This document shows, in pieces, positions 1 through 12,100 of a stretch of 64,000 nt of DNA. The stretch comes from Podarcis bocagei (lineage: Eukaryota): assembly GCA_964188305.1 (NCBI GenBank), contig OZ076885.1; one strand, given 5' to 3'. The notes beneath the pieces are model-generated. The model saw only the letters and a program-made list of their open reading frames with translations, was not told where the DNA came from and made no database searches. The position numbers and the translations under genes were made by a program. How positions within the stretch are numbered: the first letter of the stretch is position 1; the number at the start of each line of letters is the position of its first letter.

Positions 1-339
1 CCCCACCACCCAGGAGAAAACCACGCGTGGGCGCTCCTGGGATGAAGGCTTTGTCACCAACATCTCCCTCTCTCCGCAGTGCGGTGCCTAAGCTGACTCC
101 GCCACGAGCGGGGGGGGGGTTACACTCTGTACATGGCTAGAGACACGTTCGCTTTCGTTGTTATGTCATTTTGTTCCAGTGCTGAGCCCGGACATTCGGA
201 CTAGGTTCCCGGAGTTGAGCCCGGGCTCAAAATGAGGGGGAAGGGAGCTGAAGCATTGCCTTGAGGAGCCCACGCGAAGCTCTCTTTCTGGCCCCAGCAG
301 GCTGGAGCCAGGAATAGTGGAAGCCCACGACCCTGTCAC

Positions 340-620
340 TTTTCCTAAGGCCCCGCCTACCTGCGGAGATGGGGCGGGGCCGGGGCGGGGGCGGAGAGGA
401 GTGGGCTAAGGACTCACCCGTCTCTGTCCGGCGCACGGACGCTTCCGAGGGAGCTGCAGCGCGACAGAAGCCGCGCACTCCGCCTCTCGACGTCATTATT
501 CCGCGCCATCCGCACTGCCGCCCGCAGAAGGTAGCCTAGCAACCGTTCAAGGGGGCGGAGCAGGAGCTGCGGGAGCGGAGGGCAGGGAGCGTGGAAGGGA
601 GGAAACTGAGCAGGGAATGG
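340..620. promoter_or_regulatory. CpG-rich bidirectional promoter (GLB1L on +, probable STK16 on -)
   Basis: CpG-rich; GC boxes/G4-like GGGGCGGGGCCGGGGCGGGGG 371-391; CRE-like CGACGTCA 488-495; minus-strand donor (GG|GTGAGT at 418/417) and plus-strand candidate donor (AAG|GTAGCC at 530/531) point in opposite directions. Confidence 0.7.
418..480 (-). other. Probable non-coding first exon of the divergent upstream gene (STK16 by synteny); 5' end approximate
   Basis: Consensus minus-strand donor (plus strand GACTCAC 411-417). The identity rests only on the known amniote order STK16-GLB1L-ANKZF1-ATG9A-ABCB6; no STK16 coding sequence was seen in the window. Confidence 0.45.
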
Positions 621-3600
621 GGGGAGGGGGAGAAAAAAAAGAGCTACAAGAGCAGAATGTCCCAGTTTAGGAGACAGAGTGTTGTGGTTGGACGTGGTTA
701 GTGGATTCTGGACCCCCATGCGTGTTTACTGAGGAGTAAATGTGTTGAATTTAGTGAGGCTTATTCCCAAGTAAATGCACACCGTCATAAACACTGGTTT
801 ACCTCACAGGGTTGCTGTGAAGATTTGTTATTCCTTTTTTCATAAAATTTGCATGCCTCTTGTTTCTTTAACCCCTCCCCTTCTGAATCCTATGTAAGGC
901 TTCAACATTTTATTTTTTTGTTACGTTTTTAACCTAGTACTCCTCTAAAGAGCTCTATATGCCGCCGCCCCTCTTTATGCTCAACAACCCTGTGAGGTAG
1001 GGTAGGCCGGTGGTGGCTAGCCCAAGATTGTTCAGCTAACTTGGTGTTTGAGTATAAGGGAGTCATTGGAGCACCCCACAATTGCCTAACTTTGGCTCCC
1101 ATAGGTTCAAGTTGGGGGTCACAAGCAAGAGACTTTAGCCAGGAGATCGAAGGAAAGCAGCGGCCAGTAGGCCTGATCTTTATTGTTGCAACAAGACTAC
1201 CACATGGAAGAAGCAGAGAGAAGTCCCAAACAAAGGATGGCTCCCTGTTTTTATAAGTTTCCCAACTTACCCATAACACCCTTAGTAAAACATCATACAT
1301 TTGTCATGACTGTGTCATAAATTGGGAGGGGTCTTCTGGCAGAAGCCTGAGCACCAAGCTTACCCTGTCCTCACATGACCCCCACCTTCCAATCTTTAGG
1401 CGAAACAAAGGTAAGTATTTACATTTTCCTGTTTTCCCAGACAAGTTAAGCACACCCTTTGTCTTGACCAAGACCCCAATCCACTAAGGTTGGGTTTGGG
1501 ATTGTTCTTAGAATGACTACCTGTTCTGGTACTCAGGTGCCAGGATGCTAGAGATTATCACCCAAGCAGTGGGACACACTGAGTAAGGGGGTCTCACCCT
1601 TCAGGGATTATGGCTGCCCCTACCCATTTCCGAAGTTCCTCCCCTGCTAGCTATTTTCCTTCTGAGTAGAACAATGTTGGAATGGTGTAAATCTGTCATT
1701 GCAGTGATTTTATATGAATTTCTAAAGTTTTCCATTGACCTAATACATAGATTTATCAGTGAATTGCTACATTTGGTAGCAGAGTCTCTTTGCCTTTGGC
1801 TCCTAGTATGGAGAGGCAAGGCTTGTGGTGGTGGTGGGAAAGATCTCTCACCCCCCTTCCAATTTCCCGGTACCATAAGAGTTTGGATTTGAATGCATAT
1901 TTTCTCCCACTAAGTTCACTACACCAGCCACCCACAAGACATGAAGGAGAATTAATTTTACTACCACTATGGATGATGATGATAATGATGATAAAAATAA
2001 TTTCATTTCCTCAGTTCTCAAATATGAATATGAGAAGGGGGGCATTCCATATAATGTCCAAGTAATCCCTCTGGCTTAGAATAAAACTAAGGTGGTATTT
2101 CTGGAACCTGATGTGTTTCTCATAATTTGTACCAGTCTGTGACTCTTGATGAGACCCATATTCCTAGAACATCCTATCCCTTTGTGAGGTGGCACAGAAT
2201 GTGGTGACATCAAAGGTGATATAGCTCTGGTGTGGCAAAGATATGCATCATCCTGCGGGTATACAAATGACTCCTGCTGCTGACTGGACACAGTAATGCA
2301 AAGGCCCAGTAAGTAAAAGGTTCTTTAGATGATAGGTGAGTTCTTGTAAGTTGGATGTATTCTATTTAAAATACATATTAAAATGTCATACACAAAACAA
2401 ATCTATAATATTAATCATATAAAATGTACCACAGTTGTTCATAGAGTAGTGTAACAAACAGGTAATACTATCTTTATTTTTCAGTAGAGTATATCCAAAA
2501 TAATATTAAATCATAGATGACACTTACTCTTGTATGTTTTCTTCAGGTTTAATTCTGGGACTGTGCTTTTGATTCATTCACTGGACTCTGATATTCATGC
2601 TCTACTATGTTAATAAGTATTGTACATCATGCCAAATTTAAACACAGCTTTTAAACCACAAACATGCCACAAACCCAAAATTAACCACAGTCAAGTGATA
2701 AGGAGTCAAACCCATTGACAGCATTCCTTAACTGCATTGCCTGCTGCCTAAATATGTGATGTGTTGGATAGAACAGAAAAGCATTCAGTTAGTAGACAAG
2801 GTTTTGTTTGTGCCCGTATTTGGGACTGGGCAAGAATCCCCCTCATGCCAGTCAGGTTGGTAAGGACCCTAGGAGATTTGGGATTTCCCTTGTAGTGTGT
2901 AGCTCAACCCGTTTGTGTAAGTCTTTTCAAACTGTTATCCCTGCATGCACCTTTCTGCAGTGCACTTGCTCCCTTTTTCTTGGCAAATTATAGTCTGGAA
3001 CTGTGAGGGGTTGGTGGTTGAATAGTTTTACACTGGGCAAGGTGCAGACTGGCAGGCTTTTCAGTCCTCTTGACCTCTATAATTTTATCATCGGTTACTT
3101 GAGTTTCTCTTAGGATTCTGTTTTGGGGAGTTCACTGACAGAGCTAGCTTTGCCCACAGAATCTCCCAGGTTTAGTTCCTTGTGACTTCACTTAAATGGG
3201 TTTCAAGAAGCAGGGCTGAGAAAGACTACTGTCTTTCCAAGACTATAAAGATGCTATAGAGTAAACAATTTCTGGACTGGATGACCAGTGGTCTGACTTT
3301 GTATTATAAGATACTATATGGCTGAGCATCTCATTCCTATAGAAAGGGATCAGTTTATGCCAGTGGGGTACACAGAGCAAGGAAGAGAGGCCTCTAACAT
3401 TAATTGTAGTTAGGAGAAATTGCAATCTGTTTTAGTTTCATTATGAGTTTGGAAGTGGGTAGGCTGTATGCATGGATTCAGTTGCTGAAATAGCCAGGCC
3501 AGCCTGGTAATGGCCTTCTAAGTAAGAGTCCTTCAGGGAGCAAAGGGAGTGGCTCTGTGCCAGAGGACAAATGGGTGGGCCTTCCTTCACTGGTTGGAAA

Positions 3601-5155
3601 GACAAAAGGACAGAGTTGAGGGTTGAGTTATGTGAACTAGAAGCTGGAGCCAAAAACAGTGGGTTGGAAAGCCAGAGAGAGCGAGAGAGCGCCAGGCCTG
3701 ATTTCTGCTGGAATCTAAGGCTGTGGCTATGAGACAAGCAAGGCCTTCTAGGGGTGTTAATGCTGTGAACCCTTCCATTGTAGGCTCAGGTTGTATATAT
3801 GTGTAGATAAACCATATATCCTAAAGACACTGCAGTCTCCACTGTGCCTCATTCCCAAAGGAAACACAAACCCAGGGTAAATGAACCCCTAGAACCCCTG
3901 GAATCTTGCACTGCTCAGGAACTAGGGTGGTGTGCAACAGTATTAAATGTGGGAGCAGGAAGGCACCAAGGAAGCAATGATTATAACAAACAAACCAAAA
4001 AGTAAAGGAGACTAATGGAGCACCATCTTGCAGCTTCTCTCAGAAAGAAAAATAAGCACTGATTAATGATAGTGGATTAAATGTCAAAGTGCAATTTAAT
4101 TGAACAGCTGGAAGTTAAAACCGGATACATCCATATTAGAAGACAGATCCCAGGATTTAGCAGACTGTGCAGATTAATCATTGCAGCAAGCTGCTGGTGG
4201 GAGGGAAGAATGTAAATTTTCCATTACTCATAGCCTTCAGACCAAACAGATTATTTGGTTATTTGTAATGTAATAGCCCCCCAGTATTACCATAGATTAC
4301 AACATTCCTTAAATTATCTGAGGGAGGTCAGACTAGATGTTCTCACTTATTCTTTTGCTGTTGTAGACTAGATAGGCATGTCAGGTCCTTGACTAATCAC
4401 TGCTTTTGGTGTAGCTCATTTGGATACTTAATTTAACTTACAAAAAATGTCCACATTTTGTCTATATGTATAAAGGAGAATTAAAGTCCCCTGAGGCTGT
4501 ATACATACCATATATTAAAAGCATCTGACTTTCCCCAAAGAATTATGGGAACTGTAGTTTGTCCCTTGTGTAGTTACAATTCCCAGCACCCTTAACAAAC
4601 TACAGTTCTCAAGATTCTTCGGGAAAAGTAACATACTTTCAATGCATGGTGTGTACAGAGCAGTAGAAACCTGCATCCTTTGTGCCATTACCAAAACAAC
4701 AAGATTGATGCTTTTGATCCAGTGGTAGGCAGCTGTGCAGTGCAGTGCCAACTCTGCTGTCTCTCTCCTTCTATCCACTATATAACCTTGAGCAGCACAA
4801 ACTACCATTTCTGATGATTTGAAGAAGTTTATGTTTCTCATACTTCTGTAATTTGAGTACGGGAAACCAACTCTGTGTTCCAGTTCCTCTGTGCTGCTTC
4901 ATAATTCTCTCCCTGGGATTTGGAGGGAGTTTTGTGCCTCATAATTTCCTCCTCTGATTTATAGTTACGGACTCTGTATATAGTTGCTGGAACATTGCCT
5001 CCTCTTTTCCACCTCTCTGTTCAAATAAGGCCTGTCTTTACTTACTTCCCTCCTCACAGGGACCAACCAGAGGAAGCACCAGGCCTGCCCACTAGCTTGT
5101 CATGTGATGATTCCTTGTGACTCTCTTGTCCCGGGCTGAAGCTGTAACCAAAGAA

Positions 5156-6105
5156 ATGGAGCTGCTGCTGTGTGTTTTGATGGTGGTGTTGGGAGGCCTG
5201 CAACTCCAGGTAAGCAACAAGAAGGAGAACTGCAGGAGGGTGGTTTTTTGGAAGAAACAGCTGAAATGGAACCATCTTAGACTGCCTAGGGGAAATTTAA
5301 GGATTTCCTTTTCTGTTGCTTTAGATTCCCCACTTGCTCTCCCCCCAGTCAAACTGAGCTCAAGCTTTTCCTTACCTCTTCTTGGTTCCTTTCCCCCATC
5401 TATTATTTTGCCTGTTGTATAGGAATGGGTTCATATTGGGAGTTCCCCAATATGTAATCAAGCCATGCTGCTTTAAAAAAAATCCTATTCAGCCAAAAAA
5501 ATGGCTGCAAGGGAGAGAGAGAAACTGGCTACAGTGGTGCCTCGCAAGACGAAAAGAATCCGTTCTGTGATTCTCTTCGTCTAGCGGTTTTTTCGTCTTG
5601 CGAAGCAAGCCCATTGACGGATTAGCGCTTTTAGCGGCTTTTAGCGGCTTTTAGCGGCTTATCAGCTTATCGATCAGCTGATAAGCAGCTTATCAGCTTA
5701 TCGGATCAGCTGATAAGCGGCTTAGCGGCTTAGAAAAAGGGGGGGGAGGAAAAAAACCTCACAGGAACTCGCAAGACATTTTCGTCTTGCGAAGCAAGCC
5801 CATAGGAGATTCGTTTTGCGAAGCACCTCCAAAAAGGGGAAACTCTTTCGTCTAGCGAGTTTTCCGTCTTGCGTGGCATTCGTCTTGCGGGGCACCACTG
5901 TACATTCCCAACTGTCAGATTCTCGGTGAATTGGCCAGTAATGATGAGCAGTCTGTACTGGTGGAAACAATTTCAGGGGCAGGACCAAATGACAAAAACT
6001 TTGTGTGTGTGTGAATATTTGCAGAGGGTAAAGCATAACATTGGAAGCAGAGAACTGAGTGGCTTCAAATTATGATTTAGTAAATGGGCCACACGTGAAC
6101 CAGTG

Positions 6106-6146
<41 letters not shown>

Positions 6147-9100
6147 GGAGTCCTGGAGGGAGGGAGTCAGACTTGAACCTCAGGTGCAAATCTTGACTGG
6201 GATCTTAGAATTGATCTTCCAGGATCTGGAGAGGGATAATGTCTCATAAATCTAGGAGGATTCTTTTCAAAGCAATCACATTGCAGACTTACCCACAAAA
6301 CAGTCCGTGTCAAGCTTACTACCCAGGTTCCATAGCCAGGGAGATGACATAAATATCTCTTGCTATGGCAGAGGGGAAGAGGATGGCATTCTCTATTTGA
6401 TCCTCTCAGCAGGAGATGGGATGAAGTTTCAATTTTATACAAAAAATAATAATACTCTCTTTCCCCTCCTGTCCTGAATGCCAGGCCTCCTCAACAGACC
6501 GTTCCTTCCGCATTGATTATGTGAATAACTGCTTCCTCAAAGATGGTGCTAGATTTCGCTATATCTCAGGCAGCATCCATTACTTCCGTGTCCCACCTGC
6601 CTATTGGAAAGATCGGCTCCTCAAGATGTACATGAGTGGCCTCAATGCTGTGCAAATGTAAGTGACCAGAAGGGGAAGTGTGGCTCTTGGGACTTATTCT
6701 GTGCCAGAGTGAAGGACAGAGGCTAATGACTGTGCACAGGTGCTCCATTTTTCTCACTGTACAGTCCTCACTGCAGACTCTGGCCAACATTTAGAGCAGA
6801 GAAGCTTATGCTGTCTGAAGGTGGAGCTGGCCCAAGTACTGAAGGTTCCTTGCATTGAAAACGTGCAGCCAAGATGACATGATACATGAGCCTGTTCCAG
6901 TACAGCTTTCTTTTAAAATGGAATCACCTCCACTTTCATCCCAACCTGAAAGCTAAGGGAGAAATATTTCTGTTCATGCCCCCTCTTCTCCTCGTTATAT
7001 TTAAATGTTTGGCCATACTAGACTGAGAACCAGTTGTAGATGAACTGCAAAGAAGGAAGATGGGTAGTATTTGTGGCACCTATAATAATTACATCACAGA
7101 GGAAATGTCAGTGGGGGTAGCTTATTATGCAAACTATACCTACTGAAATTCCCTCTTCTGCACAACTATTAAAGGTTCAAGAGCTGTGTCCTCTTTTAGA
7201 TCTGGTCAGCCTAGGCCATAAGTGTGTGCACTGGCGGAGGAAGAGGATTGTGGGGGGAGCGCACTGCCCCTGGCAGCGTGATCCCGGTGGGGTGCCATCA
7301 TGGCTGCTCCCCTGCTTCCGCTGGGTGCCACGCCCCCGGAGGTGGCATGTCACGCCCCCAGGATGCGTTCCAGCCCCGCCCCCGCCTGCTCTCTGTCCCT
7401 TGGTGCCAGAGCATGAAGCTCCGCCACTGTGTGTGTGTGTGTGTAATGTATTTAATTTGTATACCAGCCTTCGTTTGTACATCTCGGAGCAATTCACAAC
7501 ATAAAATTACAATATAAAAAGAGTAACAAATTCTTGCCCTGTTAATCCTCAAGAATCTCCTGGGGTGTATCCTCCTTGTCTCACCTTCTTATTTCAAACT
7601 GAAATATGTATTTTCACCCTTCAGCTATGTGCCCTGGAACTACCATGAGCCACAGCCTGGTGTCTACAACTTTTCTGGTGACAGAGACTTGGAAAAATTT
7701 CTGAACTTGGTAGCCGAGTTAGACCTTTTGGTGATCTTGCGACCCGGACCCTACATCTGTGCTGAATGGGAGATGGTGAGTGCTGGGCAAAAGATTCAGA
7801 TGGGCTAAGACTCACTTGCAGTACCTGAATGCTGCACAATTCACCTCTCTCATACACAGGGTTGCTAGTCATTGATCATTTTATCCTCTTTAACTCCTTA
7901 CCTTGCCTTATCTCTCTGAGTTTTCAGCTTTGTCTTACCTTTATAGATTTTTAATCTTCTACTTTTTCTCTACATTATCTTTCCCAGTTCTTGATCTCTA
8001 CACATTTTCTTGCTCTTATGGCTTCAGCAACTTTTTTATGATAACAAATCGGAAACCTACTTTTTCCAACCTGGATTCTTGCCTTCTGACCTTTCCACCA
8101 TTTCTTATTGATTTGGAGCAGGAGAGGAGCAACTATGGACCCTGACATTATTTGAACTGTTTACCTATTGACCTTCTTTCCTAGGGTGGCCTTCCATCCT
8201 GGCTGTTGACAAAGCCAGATATTGCCCTGCGCACAACTGACTCAGGTAAGATAGAACTAGAGGGAGGGGTCAGACCCTCTGGATCTCATGTTCAATTCTG
8301 TAGATTTATTTATTTCATTAAAATTTATATACCGCTTGACTGTAGAAAACCTCAGAATGCAAAAAGATCAGGGGTGGGGAACCTGTGGCTCTCCAGCTGC
8401 TTTTAGATTCCATTTCCCATCCACCCCAGCCATCATTGTTCAGGAATGATCGGAATTATAATCCACAAGATCTGGAGGGTTGTAAGTCCTAAATGGTTGG
8501 TGTATTTGTGTGGTTAGAGGGCCAGTCATCTGGGCCTTCCAACTTCCATGTCTCTTCCACAGAATTAAAGCAGCCCATGTGAGTGGTATATAATGGCCAA
8601 AGGGCACTTTCAGACCTTTTCTCTGTACACAGTACCACAATTACCAATTCTTGTCTTAGCAAGGTGTTGGAAATAGGGAAAAGGAGCCCCAGTTGTTGGC
8701 TGAGCAAGATGATTCATGCTCCTAGATTACCTGCAAGCTGTGGACAGATGGTTGGGAGTCCTGCTACCCAAGATCAAGCCTCATCTCTACCACAATGGAG
8801 GCAACATCATCAGTGTCCAGGTGCGTGCAGCATAGGCGCATTGTGTGTCCCTGGGCCTCTGGTTGCACCTTCAGAGGTTCCCTGATGTGAAACATGTACC
8901 TTACTGAGCCCTAAGTAACTTACTATCGGAGTGCAAGTATATAGCTTTTACACCAGGCTCTACTTGGTGGATCTCAATATTTCAGTTAAAAACAAAGACA
9001 GAAGACTGCTCACCCCTGCCTTAAACCACTGCTTTGTGCCTGCCTCCCCCTGTCCAGTAGGAGGGATTTGTAAACAATAAAGCCCTTCAGGCACCCTTGG

Positions 9101-12100
9101 AACTTTCAAGAACAGTATTTTTTCCTCCTTTACAAAGAGCGGAGGTGCACCTATTTGGGTGACCAGCCTCCCGTGCAAATTGGGTTGGGCATCATCCTGC
9201 AGATCTAGTGCTTGACAAGAGAGGCTCTATACAAAGACTTACCACACACCTTTTTCTTTAGGCAGGGTGTGGGCTCTGAGTCACCTTTCTTTAATGCCAG
9301 CTGTTCCCCAGGCAGGTGGAGAATGAATATGGGAGCTACTATGCCTGCGACTATAACTACATGCGCCACCTACTGGGTGTCTTTCGTGCCTCCCTGGGTG
9401 AGGAAGTTGTGCTCTTCACCACGGATGGCACCTCAGCATCTGAGCTCAAGTGCGGGACACTGCAGGGCTTATATGCCACGGTGGACTTTGGACCAGGTAG
9501 AGTGATGTTGGGTGAGCTCTGATGAGATTGGAAGGAGGTAGGAAAGAATCTTGCTTTGACTTCTGCTCCTTTCTTTGCCCTTTGACAGAAGAAAACGTGA
9601 CGGAGGCATTTATGCTACAGCGACTGTATGAGCCAAAGGGACCACTGGTGAGAACGTCTGGCCTTTCCATGTAGAAGAATGGCATCTTATGCCTCAAATT
9701 ATGCTTACTCCTTCCTTGGCACCCATCTCCAAAAATAATCTGGCTGCATCTTAACTGAGCCATCTTCTGTTTTATTTCCACCCCGTATACTTGACTGCCA
9801 TGATCCTTCTGTAGCAGTTTCCAAGGCAGCCAGAGAGTCATGCATGTGAAATCCTCACTTGCCCCAGCAGTTACTGAGCTATGAGACCAAAGAGCTTGTA
9901 GTCCAATGCTTTCAGGAGCCTCTTGATAGGCTATGAGCTAGCCTGTCTTCTTTGCATGAAAGCAAATTATTCCAGAGCCATAATCCCATTGCTGTGGACC
10001 TTATCACACAAAAATTGGTTGGAAGTTGCATATTGCCCAGTGTTGCAGTGCAAGCTACAGTCACACCACATAGACTGTCCTGGGCATTATAGGTGTGAGG
10101 TCTGGTACAATGAGATTCCAACACAGAGGAGGGAGCAAACTTGGTATTTCCTATTCCCAGTACTTTGGCAGAAGTGATGGTATTGACCTGACTGCTACTG
10201 CTCCATAAATGTTTTAATTCTGCCTTCCTCCTAGGTAAATTCTGAGTTCTACACTGGCTGGCTGGATTACTGGGGTGAGGCACACTCCACAAAAAGTGCT
10301 AAGAAAGTGGCTAACAGCCTACAGAAGATTCTAGAAATGGGAGCCAACGTCAACATGTAACCGTGAGGCCATAGGGGAGAGTGGGCAGTGGGGCACAAGG
10401 GATAGTACAAAGAAACAAGAGCTAGCACCAAGATGCCAATGCGTAGCTCCTTGCTTCATCTTGTTAACTATGAACCTCTCATTTTGCCTTAGAGGTGTGT
10501 GCGCACCACATTTTCACGTCTTTTTGGCCATTTCCCTAGCGGACAAAAAAATCCCTTGCAGAACAAGAGTAAGGTGCATGGTCTTAGACAGTGCCCTAGG
10601 CCAAAGACTAGCACACCTTTTCCAAAGCATTCCCCAACTGCTGCACCACATTAGTTCACATCTATTTGTTTCCTATTCCACTGCCTGTCATTGCCCCTTT
10701 ATTTAAATAGGAGGGTAACTCTTCCCGTGATATCTGACTTTCTTCCAGGTATATGTTCCAAGGTGGCACCAACTTTGGTTACTGGAGTGGTGAGTTTCTG
10801 GCTTCTTAGGGCAACTAGGGAGACTTAGCTTCTGGCCAGGTGATGGAGGTGTTGGGGGGCACATAAGAGGTGCTTTCTTCTCACACCTTCTCTATCCAGG
10901 TGCTGATTACAAGGATGGTTACAAACCCATAACTACTAGCTATGACTATGACGCACCACTCTCAGAGGCTGGAGACCCTACTGACAAGCTGTATATCATC
11001 CGCTCAGTCATTAGCAAGGTAACAATACAGTCCTCTTCTATCAGTGGGTGGAATGCAGTTACTGAAGACATTTTCGATTGCCCAGGTTTTTGGTTCTTAA
11101 CATATATAGTTCTATGGGTATGATTTATGACCTATTTTTGGTGCTAATCTTTTAATGAGGTGGAATCCTTTTTATTATTGCTTTTGGAAAAAATATCTTA
11201 ATACATTTTTATGCATATTTATTCTGTGTTTTTAAATGGTTGACAAGTTGTTTGGTATTTTGAAATATTTTGTATATTGTTTTGAGACATTTTTGTAGAA
11301 AGTGATGAATCAATGCAATAAATAAAATAAGCAGCCACCAGCCAAGCAGCAGATTTGAGGAGGAAGAGGGAACAAGTGTTTGAGAGACTGTGTGTTTGTG
11401 TGTGTGTGTGCGCACACACACACACATGTGCATGTAAGAGAGTGTTTGTTGTGGGGGAGGAAGGGAAAGGAGAATGTTAGCCGCTTTGAGACTCCTTCGG
11501 GTAGTGATAAAGCAGGATATCAAATCCAAACTCTTCTTCTTCTTCTTCTTCTTCTTCTTCTTCTTCTTCTTCTTCTTCTTCTTCTTCTAACAGTATAGCA
11601 TCTTTACACAAAAGGAAGTCCCACTCAGTGGGGCTTGTTCCCTGTTGCATCCATGCCATACATGGTTTGGAAGTTGTAGATGATGTACTTTAACACAGGC
11701 ACAGAAATACAAGGTGCTTTTAGTTTTCATTATTTAATCCTACCCTTTCTCTAAGCTCTGGGTAGCTTTGCAAGGTTCTCCTACCCCCTTTATCCTCAAA
11801 AGATACTGGTGAAATGAGTTAGCCTGAGTGATTGGTCTGCTGGTGTACTGCTTCTGACAGCAAAATGTTTTGAGCTGGCTTGCTTCCCCAACTACCAGCC
11901 CAACTCCCTTGACATGGTGTTTTCTTTTTTTAAAACTTCAGTTTCAGGAGCTGCCCGCAGGACCAATGCCACCCCCTACCCCGAAGTTTGCATATGGCTA
12001 TGTATCCGTACCCCAGGTGAGTGAGAGCTGGAAGCCATTCCCTTACAAGTGCATGTCTTTGGTTGGATGGTGGAGTGAGTTTGCTCTCTTGTGGGCACCT

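Noticed and set aside
1100-3940. Possible solo LTRs (about 1100-1580 and 3430-3940) and cryptic GLB1L UTR donors at 1411 and 2336
   Set aside because: Could not establish TG...CA ends with TSDs or a supported exon from sequence alone.
9309-9315. Tandem acceptor CAG-G-CAG before the GLB1L catalytic exon, and NAGNAG sites at 9588 and 19592
   Set aside because: Common splice-site noise; no evidence of regulated use.
11380-11659. Poly-Leu and poly-Glu ORFs
   Set aside because: Translations of the (CTT)n microsatellite.
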